DNA of 64,000 nt, taken from contig JBAXQJ010000001.1 in NCBI GenBank assembly GCA_037131755.1, positions 16,176 to 80,175 on the forward strand, written 5' to 3'. The notes beneath the pieces are model-generated. The model searched no databases. It was not told the DNA's origin and saw nothing but the letters and a program-made list of their open reading frames with translations. This DNA comes from a bacterium (lineage in GTDB: Bacteria > Patescibacteriota > Minisyncoccia > Phycocordibacterales > GWA1-40-21). A program made the translations under genes and the position numbers. The stretch's first letter is position 1. The number at the start of each line of letters is the position of its first letter. This document shows positions 16,719 to 26,910 of the stretch, piece after piece.

Positions 16719-19700
16719 ATGGCCTCAATTGATGAGAAGTTCAGTGAGCAGTTCTATCACTGGGAACGGCGAGGGCGGGGCTGGCAGGTTTTTGATGAGC
16801 CAGTTTCACCTGAACCGCCTTTCCGTCCCTTCTATATATCCCCGGATGCCCCCATCATTGATGACGGGGCTCGACCGACTGTTCTGAGTGCCTGGGCGAA
16901 TCGATTGAAAGGTTTGGTTGGCGGAGGTGGACAATCGGTTGCTGTCACCAAAGCTTTACCCTCTGATATTGAAGAGCCCGAACCGCAATCACTGATCCGG
17001 GATGAATTGATTGAACTCCAAGTCGTCCTACCGGTGAATCTGAATATCCGGAGGGATGATTTCGAAGAATTCCTCTTGGCAATGTCGCTTTGTAATGAGC
17101 CGATTACCTTTGAAGTCCTCGGCCTATCCTCCCATATCTCCGTGCAATTGGTTGCACATCCCTCTGATGAGCAAATGGTCATTCAGAGATTGAAGGCCTT
17201 CTTCCCTGAAGCCAGTTTCTTGCCTCGGAAAAACGCACTGATTGATGCTTGGGTGAAAGAGCCAGACAGTTATACCGGGGTGGTTGAATTCGGTTTAGCC
17301 AGACCTTTTATGTTTCCTCTGGCAACTCGGCGAGTGGACCCCTTTGTCGGCATCATTGGGGCGTTGTCGGAACTGACAAATGATGAGTTGGGGTTATTCC
17401 AAGTCATCTTCCAGCCAGTGCAAGCTCCATGGGCAGAAAGCATGCTGGATGCCATTACAGACCATCAAGGCGGGGCTTTGTTTGTTAATGTCCCAGAATT
17501 AACAACAGCTGCCAAAGAAAAAGTATCCAGCCCCATCTATGCCGCCGTCGTGCGTATTGCTACGCAATCCCCATCAATTGAGCGGGCTTGGGAGATTGCC
17601 CGTAATCTATCAGGAGCCCTCACGGTCTTTGCTCATCCCCATGGTAATGAACTAATTCCGCTCCGTAATGATGACTATCCCTTTGATCTGCATATTGAAG
17701 ATGTCTTGCGGCGGCAATCTCGGCGTACCGGGATGCTCCTAAACAGCACGGAATTGGTCGGCTTCGTTCATTTACCATCGGTTGATGTTCGCTCGTCTAA
17801 ACTGGAACGATATACAGTTAAAACCAAACGGGCTCCGCAATCAGTCCGTAAGGATGAAGGGCTATATTTAGGGGACAATTTACATAATGGGGAGGCGGTG
17901 TCAGTCGCCCTGTCACCGGAGCAACGTGTCCGGCATACGCATGTGATTGGTGCTAGTGGTACCGGCAAGTCCACCCTGCTATTCAATCTCATTCGTCAAG
18001 ATATTGAGAATGGTGATGGGGTGGCGGTGCTAGACCCTCATGGCGATCTGGTGGACCAGCTTTTGGGTATTATCCCTGAAAATCGCATTAATGATGTCAT
18101 TTTGCTTGATCCCTCCGATGAGGAATACTCCATCGGCTTCAACATCCTATCCGCCCATTCAGAACTCGAAAAGAACCTGCTGGCCTCAGACTTGGTTTCC
18201 GTCTTCCAGCGCTTGTCCTCCAGTTGGGGTGATCAAATGGGGTCAGTGTTGAATAATGCGATATTGGCTTTCCTCGAAAGCAGCAAGGGTGGGACACTGG
18301 CGGATCTCCGTCGTTTCCTTTTAGAGTCAGATTTTCGGAATGCTTTCCTGGAAACGGTCAATGATCCTGAAGTGGTGTATTACTGGCGCAAGGTCTTCTC
18401 ACAACTGTCCGGTAACAAGTCCATCGGGCCAGTGTTGACTAGATTGGATACTTTTCTCGGGCGGAAACCAATTCGCTATATGGTCAGACAGTCCACCAAC
18501 CGGCTTGATTTCGGGAACATCCTCGATACCGGCAAAATCTTCTTGGCCAAGCTACCGCAAGGTATCGTTGGTCGGGAGAATTCATATTTGCTAGGTACGC
18601 TCCTTGTTTCCAAATTCCAGCAATTAGCAATGGCGCGGCAAAAGCAGGTGGCCGCCAGCCGTAAAGACTTCTGGCTCTATATTGATGAGTTCCATAATTT
18701 TATTACGCCGTCCATGGCTGAAATCTTATCTGGCGCTCGCAAATATCGACTTGGCCTAACTCTGGCCCATCAGGAATTGCGCCAATTACAAAGGGACTCT
18801 GAAGTGGCCAGTGCAGTCTTGTCAAATGCTGGCACACGGATTTGTTTCCGGGTTGGTGATGATGATGCTAAGAAATTAGCTGATGGTTTTTCGCTCTTTG
18901 AAGCTCAAGACTTGCGGAATCTGGACACTGGTAAAGCGGTCTGTCGAGTTGAGCGTAGTGATTATGACTTCAATCTGACCGTCCCTCTACCGGATCAGCT
19001 TGATGAGGAAGCCATGGAGGATCGCCGCCACTCCGTTATCCTGGCCTCTCGCTCCAAATATGCCACCTCTTGCTCAGAGCTTGAAAAAGCTTTCAAGGAG
19101 GCCGCAGAGACTAGACCGGTTATACCGGAACCAAAGAAAAAAGCTCCATTTGTAGTTGTAAAAAGCAAAGGACCGGAACCTACACCGTTACCGATAGAGA
19201 CTCCGCAACCAGTCATTCCACTTGAGAATATTCCGGCTCCTCGACAGACAACCGCCGATCTAGGCCGAGGGGGTGCCCAACATCAGGCGATACAGCAAAG
19301 ACTCAAGGTAGAAGCCGAAGCCGTCGGCTTTCGTGTCATTGTTGAGAAGCCAACCCCTGACGGCGGCAGCATTGATCTAGTCTTGAGTCGGGGCGGAATA
19401 TCCTTGGCTTGTGAAATTGAAGTGACTACTTCAATGGATCATAAGGTGAAGAATGTTTCTAAATGCCTCAAGGGTGGGTATCAGCAAGTCATTGTTATCA
19501 CCCAACAGGAAGGCGATTTGAAGAAACTGAAGATTGCGGTCGATAGCAGTTTGGGAGAAGAAAAGGCCCAGCCTGTCCTATACTTCCTTCCGGATCAGTT
19601 TATTGAATATATCCAGACGATACCGCAAGAGGTCGTGGTGCCGAAACCAGATCAACCGAAAATCCGGCGTGGTTTCAAAGTGCGAACCAACCACATTGCA

Positions 19701-19790
19701 TTATCTCCCCAGGAAATGCAGGCACGAGAGGGTGCGGCGATTGCTGCAATTGCCGAAGCGATGAAAAACGGTTCAACGCAATTTGCCTAA
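16719..19790 (+). CDS. Large P-loop NTPase of the TraD/VirD4/HerA (DUF87-like, FtsK-HerA superfamily) type, with an about 380-aa N-terminal unknown region and a C-terminal putative PD-(D/E)xK nuclease-like domain
   Basis: Walker A HTHVIGASGTGKSTLLFNLI followed by AVLDPHGDL (the coupling-protein/HerA signature). Walker B-like FWLYIDEFHNFITPS. C-terminus GFRVIVEKPTPDGGSIDLVLSRGGISLACEIEVTT resembles a restriction-endonuclease-like D...ExE core. 1023 aa. Confidence 0.55.
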   Translation: MASIDEKFSEQFYHWERRGRGWQVFDEPVSPEPPFRPFYISPDAPIIDDGARPTVLSAWANRLKGLVGGGGQSVAVTKALPSDIEEPEPQSLIRDELIELQVVLPVNLNIRRDDFEEFLLAMSLCNEPITFEVLGLSSHISVQLVAHPSDEQMVIQRLKAFFPEASFLPRKNALIDAWVKEPDSYTGVVEFGLARPFMFPLATRRVDPFVGIIGALSELTNDELGLFQVIFQPVQAPWAESMLDAITDHQGGALFVNVPELTTAAKEKVSSPIYAAVVRIATQSPSIERAWEIARNLSGALTVFAHPHGNELIPLRNDDYPFDLHIEDVLRRQSRRTGMLLNSTELVGFVHLPSVDVRSSKLERYTVKTKRAPQSVRKDEGLYLGDNLHNGEAVSVALSPEQRVRHTHVIGASGTGKSTLLFNLIRQDIENGDGVAVLDPHGDLVDQLLGIIPENRINDVILLDPSDEEYSIGFNILSAHSELEKNLLASDLVSVFQRLSSSWGDQMGSVLNNAILAFLESSKGGTLADLRRFLLESDFRNAFLETVNDPEVVYYWRKVFSQLSGNKSIGPVLTRLDTFLGRKPIRYMVRQSTNRLDFGNILDTGKIFLAKLPQGIVGRENSYLLGTLLVSKFQQLAMARQKQVAASRKDFWLYIDEFHNFITPSMAEILSGARKYRLGLTLAHQELRQLQRDSEVASAVLSNAGTRICFRVGDDDAKKLADGFSLFEAQDLRNLDTGKAVCRVERSDYDFNLTVPLPDQLDEEAMEDRRHSVILASRSKYATSCSELEKAFKEAAETRPVIPEPKKKAPFVVVKSKGPEPTPLPIETPQPVIPLENIPAPRQTTADLGRGGAQHQAIQQRLKVEAEAVGFRVIVEKPTPDGGSIDLVLSRGGISLACEIEVTTSMDHKVKNVSKCLKGGYQQVIVITQQEGDLKKLKIAVDSSLGEEKAQPVLYFLPDQFIEYIQTIPQEVVVPKPDQPKIRRGFKVRTNHIALSPQEMQAREGAAIAAIAEAMKNGSTQFA

Positions 19791-19857
19791 CATGACGAAC
19801 TGAGCAAAACAGGTATACACCCTGCAATTCTTATTAGGCGGATTAAGATTTACTGAC

Positions 19858-20127
19858 CTATACACGGCGGCATTGTCTTCTTATTGCCGCCTCAATCTCC
19901 GCTGGCACCTGCACACCATCACTCTCAATCTGGAAATTGCATACATTGCAACGCATCGCGGCACTTATACTTTCTTCCACGAGCCCCTGATGAACACTCC
20001 AGGTCACTTTAACAGAACCCTTGCATGTAGGACATTCGAACTGCTTCACCGGACTAAGAGTATTACGAATAATTTCTTGATTAAAAGCTGTCAGTATTTC
20101 ATTGGTGTTTTGCGGCATATTTACCAT
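19858..20127 (-). CDS. Small zinc-ribbon protein; candidate immunity protein for the upstream Rhs toxin
   Basis: About 89 aa from the internal Met MVNMPQNT (the long-ORF start at 20214 would overlap the Rhs gene by 94 nt). Contains CPTCKGS...CNVCNF (two CxxC pairs). Sits immediately 3' of the Rhs C-terminal toxin domain, the canonical immunity position. Confidence 0.45.
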   Translation of the reverse strand: MVNMPQNTNEILTAFNQEIIRNTLSPVKQFECPTCKGSVKVTWSVHQGLVEESISAAMRCNVCNFQIESDGVQVPAEIEAAIRRQCRRV

Positions 20128-23100
20128 CCTTTCTTCAAGTAATAACGAATCAAAACCTTCCTCATATATTCCTCCATAATCGGATGGTGCGGGGATGGAA
20201 TACCGCGTTTCCAAAAACGATGATGGAGCTCTTCATGCAATAAGGTCTCTCGAAGAGCCCCAAGAGACTTAAATGCCCGAGGTCCAATTTTTGAAAATGC
20301 ACCGATTTGCGAAAGCCCTAACTGACTAAGTGCCGGAGCAAATTCTGGTGGTTGCATAAACGACAATCCACTAAAGTCACTTTTGATAACTTCAGCAATA
20401 GTTGTCTGGCTTTCAACGAGTGGCACCCCATTATATGAGTTTCCTAACTTTGATTCTTCCTTTGACACATCTTTAAGTATTTCACGTGTGGCGCGTGTGG
20501 TACTTTGCGCAAGATTTCTTAAAGCTTCCTTGGTCGCTTGAATAGATCCGGCCAACGTTACGCCAGGGCTGTATGATGCCCCAACACCAGTACCCGTTAA
20601 CAATACCTGTCCGCCACCTATTAGAGCTCGCGATACGCGATCGATGTCTTTAAGTTTCTGTTGAGTAATTACATCATAACCAAACCCAGATTCATAAAGA
20701 TTAGCGATACCAGTCCAATTGACGATATTGAATGCTATTCCCTGGGAAACTGCCGCTGTCGAATCCCACACACCACCTCTTGCATCCATGCTACGAAGCA
20801 TTATAATCGATGTATTATCAACTGCCTGATTATAAGCGTTACCATTAAAAAGGTCTTTGACTCCTTGCTTGGCCCCGCTTCCCATCTCGATCAAAGATTC
20901 CCCGAGCGAAATGTCAAAGGCATCAGCCTCATCGCCTGAATAACCCTGCCCAAATATCCAAGACAAAGCTGATTCCCCAAGCGGATCAAATTTATTTATG
21001 GGATCGTTTTCACAAAAAGCAGTTAAGTTAATTCCTCCTTTTTCGGCCAGTGGATCACGAGTGATCCACTTGGCGATGGACGGATTGAAAAACCTATAAC
21101 CGAAATAATAGAGTTCTGTTTCGCTGTCATAATATTTGCTTTGGAACCGGAAGGGGCAAACATCACATCGTGAGCCCCATGACCCAACAAGTTTGCCGAA
21201 GGGCGCATAAAGGTAATTTGCCACAATCTTTTTTGTGGCGGCATCAACAACATGCACAATATTTCCGTTATGATCCGCCAGCGGCAGGTAAATATTTGTG
21301 GTTCCAGCATCTATTGCCTTGATTGCAACCAAAGCGCCAACTCCGCCTGACTGGTGATCAAATTTGCCATTTCGTTGACCTTTGAGATCCAGCCCCCATT
21401 GATAGTCACGGGTAGACGTTGTAGTGAGGGTATGGTCAGTAATTGTCTCGTGTATGAGATTCCAGCCATCATAGATAAAGGAATAGGTAAACGTCCCAAC
21501 CCAAGATCCTGGGGACCCGCTGTAGACCTTCTTGGTAGCCCGTCGGCCATCTTGGAAATAGGTATAAGTCTCCCTGATGTTTGGAGTGACACCAACGTTG
21601 ATTACCTCGCGTAATCGCCCTAAAGCATCATAAGAGAAGCGATAGCGGCTATCATTGGTAACTGAAGCACGCGCATCATAAATTGGGCTTTCGGAAGTTT
21701 GCGCGAGGTAAAGGGTTCCCGTTGTGTGGGCGATAACATCATTACTAGACACTGGGTCAAACCAAACTGCGGTGACAATGATATTGGTCGAGATTGCCGC
21801 CGAGGTGTTATCAATAACCAAAGTCGCACGGAACCATTCGCCATTGCGGTCAGTCGGCTGGTAATTGACGGTGATGTTCGCATTGGTGGCCGCGATGCCG
21901 ACAACCTCGACCTTGTTACTCCAAGCTCTGGTTATCTGCACATTCAGATTGTTCGGTGTAAATGTTGGAATAGGAGTCGAGGAGGCAGCTAATCGCCCAT
22001 AGGCGGTCGGATTTCCGATCGAGTCATATGTCGCGCCGAATTGCATGCCATAATACTCTGACCCATCGGCAAAATACCGGCGAGCGGAAATCAATTGCTT
22101 CCGGCTATCATATTGATAATCCCAGTGGGAACCGCTGATATCAATAATTTTGGATATCTGATCCGAGTTAGTGACATAGGAGTAAGCATAATTGGCAATA
22201 TTGCTGCCACTGACCGAAAAGGCAATGTTACTCATTCGGTCATTTGCCAGATCCCAGGTTAAATTTCGTGTGAGGATATCGACGCCCTGAACAGAGGTAA
22301 CAGCAGTAGCGCACAATAAACTGTTTGTGGCATAGATATACCTGACACAGACATCACCGTTACTGATAGAAGAGACCACTGACCGGAAATCATAACTCAG
22401 GGTGGTTTCATTCACGGCCCCGCCTATTACGAACTTTGAACCGTTGCGGTCGTAGTTCAGAGGATTATAAGAATAAGTCAATTCGGCTGGCGGCAAGGCA
22501 TCACCACTGACCGAATTTGTCAGCACCAAACCATCGAGGGAATAGTCAAAGGTATTTGTAGTCCCAGCATGTGTCGCCACAACTGGACGCCCGAGGCGAT
22601 CAATAACCGCTGCGGCCAGCGGACCAGTGGCATCAGAATATGTGATGCTAGCAAGGTCACCAGCCGAATTATAGTTGTGAGTTGCCACCACACTGTTTGC
22701 ATCGGTAAGAGTCAGCAATTGACCATTATCACGATAGGAATAAGTTTCAACGGGTAAACCGCTAATATTCTTTTGAGTAAGATAGCCGGTAGTGGCATCA
22801 TGTATCCATTGGGTATTTACAGCGGTTCCGGCCCGCAAAGTAATCATATTTGTCAGCCGTCCCTGAGAGTCGTACTGGTAAGTGACATCTAACGTGCCAG
22901 TATCGTATTTGCGCTTTAACAATCCACTTGTATAGTAATCATAACGAATTTCACGGCCATCACTGTGACGTACTTTGCTGATAAGTTCAGTACCTGGGTT
23001 GTATGTGAACTTAACAGGGAGTTTTGTCGGATCAGGCAGAATAATTTCGCTGATGCGCCGCTCTGTGTCGCGATTGATTATGGTTGTGCCTAACCGGGAA

Positions 23101-26100
23101 TGTTGAATACTCGACAAAGCCCCCAACCCATCATAGTTGAAAGTTTTTGTCTCCCACAAAATCCCGTCAGAGCCGTAATTCTTTTCCGTCTTAAGCTGCC
23201 ATTTCTCAAAAGCCTGAATAATTTTCGTGCCATCACTTTGGCAATTAGTCACAGAGTAAGAGCCACCAAAACTATAGCCTGAACGGCTGGCTTGATTAGT
23301 ACGGGAAACATCAATCGACAATACTCTTCTGTTATCCAATGAGACCTCCGAGCTCGCCAACATAAATGAGCTAGAGCTGTACATCTGGGGATAAGTGGTA
23401 TAGGCGCATTTAACACCTGATGCAGATACGCTTCGGTTGCGGGTAAGATATCGGTCACTACTGGCCGCCGTAAGTGCCTGATCACCGTTTTGATCTATCC
23501 CGGCGTCTGCCGGCTCATTTTTTCCATTGTAATTCATGACACTTACAATACTGGCTTCATCAACGTCGCCAGCGAAACGGGCCTGCGAGTCATATGACAT
23601 CGTAGCATCACTACTTGCACCTGAATGACGAGAACGGGCCGGTTGACCTAAAAGGTTTAAGTAGGTCTTCTCCCATTCGGTCGCAGCACTTCCGACTAAT
23701 CGAATTTCCTTGGCATAGAACTGTCCGGCTTCAATTCCGTATTCGAATTGCAAGTCAGCTTTGGCGCCTGAACCGGAGATTTCCTTCAGAGATCCATCCA
23801 AGTAATAGTCCTTAATGATCACGGCACCATTTGGTGCTGTTATTGTGCATCGGGTGCCGTATGACGGGTTCGCATAGGAGTAGACGGTAGAGCCGAGCAA
23901 ATCCGTTACCGTGATTGCCCGCCCTAACGCATCGAAAGAGGTGCTAACAGTGCGAGAGGCCCCATCTGCTCCGGATTCCGTTAGCTTGGTAATGTTCAAT
24001 AACGGATCATATTCAAACTGATTGGTAATTCCGGTTCCACCTCGCAAGACCGATTTCAAGGTGCCTTGAGAGTAATAGTCTAAAGTCATCAAGCTACCGT
24101 CAGCTTCAGAAATAGTGGCTGGGCCGAATAAGCTCAAGTTACTATTGGTCGTCGCTGTGCCATCGAGATCAGTTGAGACCAGAAGTCGACCGAATGGATC
24201 AACTGAGGAGATAATACTTTCAAACGTCACCCCGGAATCCGCATCCACTGTCATATTGGTTTCCATGACCCCGAAATTGTTTACCGTATTGGTTTTCGTT
24301 ATTCCGGTACTGATGACAGAACTGGCCGCCAGTCGCCCAAAGGATGTGAAAACGTTATTCGATGTGCCCAACACCTGGTAAGTCAAAACAGCGCTCTCGG
24401 CTGGATTTTTCGCAAAGATCAAAAGACCATTGGTAATACCACCACTTGCGAATACGTTGGTGCTTACAAGGTTCCCCGCACCATTCCAACTGCCACTGGA
24501 GTTAGTGCATTGCTGAATAATAGTCTGGGTTGATCCTGAGTAGGAATACAAGGTGAGACCGATCAACGTGGCATCATAAAGATTAGTGACTGCCCGTGGC
24601 CGCTCAATCATATTCGTTATGTTTGCAGTATCGCCAGAATTGGCTGGATATCCGTAACCGGTCGAACGTGTCGAACCATTACCGACAGGGGTCGCCTCCG
24701 TTACAATCCATCCGGTACTTGGGTCATAGGAGTAGTCAGTGTAAGTCCCGTCCGGGAAAGTAACTTTCTTGATTTTTGCTTGCTTAGGTAAGCCATTCGT
24801 ATAGCGCCCAACGGCTGTATCATATTCATTTGTAACCGCTTTGGAATCACCATTCACGGTTCGGGAATAAACGACTGGATGATTGTCGGCATTGAATGAG
24901 ATGCTTTCTGTCAAATTCCCGAAATCGTAATAACTAGAGGATAACGTCACGGTCCGCGCACTACCCGCGGGAGCGGTCTGGGTTCGGGTAACAGTACCCC
25001 AAGGATATGTAATGGTGTTGCCGGAAATAGAGGCATTGGATTTGTCGATACCGGTAATCCCGGATTTGGATATTCCAGAAAACATTTTGCTGGAATCTGA
25101 AGCTAATGTAGTGGTTATGGTTTGGCTTAAATCCTTGGAGGCATACGATACCTGGCTGACTAAGCCACTGGTCATGGTGAGAGTGACCTTGTAGCGAGCA
25201 CTATCCGCCGTGTTGGGGAAATTAATGGTTGAGCCAGGGATGGAGCTGGAAGTAACTTTCGACGAACTGCCAGCCATATTGGTGACGTTGGTAATGCCAC
25301 CATCAAATTGATGAATAACCCCCGACTCATAATACAGGTTGAATTTCAGGTCGGTATTATTCGTCGGTGTTAAGTCTCGAAGAATATAAGTTCTATTTGA
25401 GTTGATTCCGGTCGGATATCCGACAGGACTGAATGTTGAAGCGGCACTATCCCAAGGAAAGTCAAAGATTACCACATTTCCCCTTGGCCGAATTACCGCC
25501 GCCAACTTATTAGTTCGTGTATTTGATTTCACGGCACCGCTTTGCAAGATGCGAGTTCTTACACTCAAGGTTTGATAGGGTCCATCAGCATCCGTGGTGT
25601 ATGGTGTCAGATATTGAAAGGGCAGATTAGTTGTTCCACCTTGCGCTATATATGCATGGACTGGTAAACCAGCATACCACGCAGGCGTTGAGGCTAACGG
25701 GACAATTATTTGTGGTTGATCCCGGTCATCGTTGAATGTCGCTACTCCGGTATCATTGCCAAAGGCATTGAGATCAACTCCCGGATCAACCACATCATCC
25801 CGATCAGTGTCAGGCTCCTCAACACAGGGATGTATGGTCGGAGGAAGGTTAGTCGGGAAATAGTATTGGATTATAGTATTTACGTCGTAATCGTGCATGA
25901 CATATCCAGCAGTGTTTGAGCCAATCGGGATTGGTGCGGTATTAAAGACGCTGGCACCGATCGCCACTGAAGACGTAACGCCACCACTATAGGTTGTTGG
26001 CCCAGACAACCTATAGGAATTTGTATAGTAAAGGCCCGTGCCTAAATCTGAGAAATATACATTGGTAGACGACATGTAGGGCCATACACCGTAGTACCAA

Positions 26101-26858
26101 TCCACTTTATGCAGACGTCCGGTCCACATGCCCGTTGTGGCGAAATAATCCCATTGACGGACACCTGATATATCCCATCTATGTTGCGCGGAGTTCGTTG
26201 TTAAGGTTACTGTATTATAGAGGGGGTGGTAGACATTGGTTGTTGAAGCAGTCGACGGCCACATAGCGGCAAAGTTTGTAATTGCCTGAGCCATTGAAGG
26301 GCCATTCGTTGAAGCCGTACGATAATTGGCGGTATTGGAACTGGTAAAAGTAATACCACGAAGAGTGTGGGTAAGCAGATTAAGACAGGCCCAAACTTGA
26401 GTCTGTATCCCGTGGTCAACAGCCATCCATAAATGTATTGGTGCATTTGTCGCCCATTGTGAAAATCCAGCCGCCGCGTGCAGACTATTTGCTGTCCAGA
26501 AATTATCAGCAAAAACCATGTCAGGATGCGCTGTATAATATGGAGAAAAATCACCCGATGCGTCCGCGTGTGTGCTATCTACAAAATATCTTCCTAAGTA
26601 ATCTATCTTCATCGCGAGATTACTGTAGTCTTGATATGGATAGATGTATGTCGGCTGTTCGTTATAGCTGGATGATTTCCAAAACGCCATGCTCCTTTCA
26701 TTGTAGGCATCATAAGCCCTTTTGAGATCATTAGTTAAATCGACCCATTCTTGAGTCGCCGGCCAATTTGTATAATTTGTGGCAGCATGCACAGTACCAG
26801 CAGAAAACCAGCAAATCAAAGCGACCAATCCAACAAACAAACTAATATTTTTTCTCAT
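20121..26858 (-). CDS. Rhs/YD-repeat polymorphic toxin (2245 aa) with a signal peptide and a C-terminal variable toxin domain carrying an HExxH motif
   Basis: N-terminal signal MRKNISLFVGLVALICWFSAGTVHA. Many YD repeats (YDSQGRLTNM, YTYNPGTEL, YDYYTSGLLKRKYD, YSYRDNGQL...). RHS core end RFFNPSIAKWITRDPLAEKGGINLTAFCENDPINKFDPLGES (PxxxxDPxGL), then an about 370-aa tip ending ...LLHEELHHRFWKRGIPSPHHPIMEEY. Confidence 0.85.
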   Translation of the reverse strand: MRKNISLFVGLVALICWFSAGTVHAATNYTNWPATQEWVDLTNDLKRAYDAYNERSMAFWKSSSYNEQPTYIYPYQDYSNLAMKIDYLGRYFVDSTHADASGDFSPYYTAHPDMVFADNFWTANSLHAAAGFSQWATNAPIHLWMAVDHGIQTQVWACLNLLTHTLRGITFTSSNTANYRTASTNGPSMAQAITNFAAMWPSTASTTNVYHPLYNTVTLTTNSAQHRWDISGVRQWDYFATTGMWTGRLHKVDWYYGVWPYMSSTNVYFSDLGTGLYYTNSYRLSGPTTYSGGVTSSVAIGASVFNTAPIPIGSNTAGYVMHDYDVNTIIQYYFPTNLPPTIHPCVEEPDTDRDDVVDPGVDLNAFGNDTGVATFNDDRDQPQIIVPLASTPAWYAGLPVHAYIAQGGTTNLPFQYLTPYTTDADGPYQTLSVRTRILQSGAVKSNTRTNKLAAVIRPRGNVVIFDFPWDSAASTFSPVGYPTGINSNRTYILRDLTPTNNTDLKFNLYYESGVIHQFDGGITNVTNMAGSSSKVTSSSIPGSTINFPNTADSARYKVTLTMTSGLVSQVSYASKDLSQTITTTLASDSSKMFSGISKSGITGIDKSNASISGNTITYPWGTVTRTQTAPAGSARTVTLSSSYYDFGNLTESISFNADNHPVVYSRTVNGDSKAVTNEYDTAVGRYTNGLPKQAKIKKVTFPDGTYTDYSYDPSTGWIVTEATPVGNGSTRSTGYGYPANSGDTANITNMIERPRAVTNLYDATLIGLTLYSYSGSTQTIIQQCTNSSGSWNGAGNLVSTNVFASGGITNGLLIFAKNPAESAVLTYQVLGTSNNVFTSFGRLAASSVISTGITKTNTVNNFGVMETNMTVDADSGVTFESIISSVDPFGRLLVSTDLDGTATTNSNLSLFGPATISEADGSLMTLDYYSQGTLKSVLRGGTGITNQFEYDPLLNITKLTESGADGASRTVSTSFDALGRAITVTDLLGSTVYSYANPSYGTRCTITAPNGAVIIKDYYLDGSLKEISGSGAKADLQFEYGIEAGQFYAKEIRLVGSAATEWEKTYLNLLGQPARSRHSGASSDATMSYDSQARFAGDVDEASIVSVMNYNGKNEPADAGIDQNGDQALTAASSDRYLTRNRSVSASGVKCAYTTYPQMYSSSSFMLASSEVSLDNRRVLSIDVSRTNQASRSGYSFGGSYSVTNCQSDGTKIIQAFEKWQLKTEKNYGSDGILWETKTFNYDGLGALSSIQHSRLGTTIINRDTERRISEIILPDPTKLPVKFTYNPGTELISKVRHSDGREIRYDYYTSGLLKRKYDTGTLDVTYQYDSQGRLTNMITLRAGTAVNTQWIHDATTGYLTQKNISGLPVETYSYRDNGQLLTLTDANSVVATHNYNSAGDLASITYSDATGPLAAAVIDRLGRPVVATHAGTTNTFDYSLDGLVLTNSVSGDALPPAELTYSYNPLNYDRNGSKFVIGGAVNETTLSYDFRSVVSSISNGDVCVRYIYATNSLLCATAVTSVQGVDILTRNLTWDLANDRMSNIAFSVSGSNIANYAYSYVTNSDQISKIIDISGSHWDYQYDSRKQLISARRYFADGSEYYGMQFGATYDSIGNPTAYGRLAASSTPIPTFTPNNLNVQITRAWSNKVEVVGIAATNANITVNYQPTDRNGEWFRATLVIDNTSAAISTNIIVTAVWFDPVSSNDVIAHTTGTLYLAQTSESPIYDARASVTNDSRYRFSYDALGRLREVINVGVTPNIRETYTYFQDGRRATKKVYSGSPGSWVGTFTYSFIYDGWNLIHETITDHTLTTTSTRDYQWGLDLKGQRNGKFDHQSGGVGALVAIKAIDAGTTNIYLPLADHNGNIVHVVDAATKKIVANYLYAPFGKLVGSWGSRCDVCPFRFQSKYYDSETELYYFGYRFFNPSIAKWITRDPLAEKGGINLTAFCENDPINKFDPLGESALSWIFGQGYSGDEADAFDISLGESLIEMGSGAKQGVKDLFNGNAYNQAVDNTSIIMLRSMDARGGVWDSTAAVSQGIAFNIVNWTGIANLYESGFGYDVITQQKLKDIDRVSRALIGGGQVLLTGTGVGASYSPGVTLAGSIQATKEALRNLAQSTTRATREILKDVSKEESKLGNSYNGVPLVESQTTIAEVIKSDFSGLSFMQPPEFAPALSQLGLSQIGAFSKIGPRAFKSLGALRETLLHEELHHRFWKRGIPSPHHPIMEEYMRKVLIRYYLKKGW

Positions 26859-26910
26859 ATTATCTTCCGTTATTCGCTAATTTCAGAAAATTATTCCGCA
26901 AAGCATCCGT

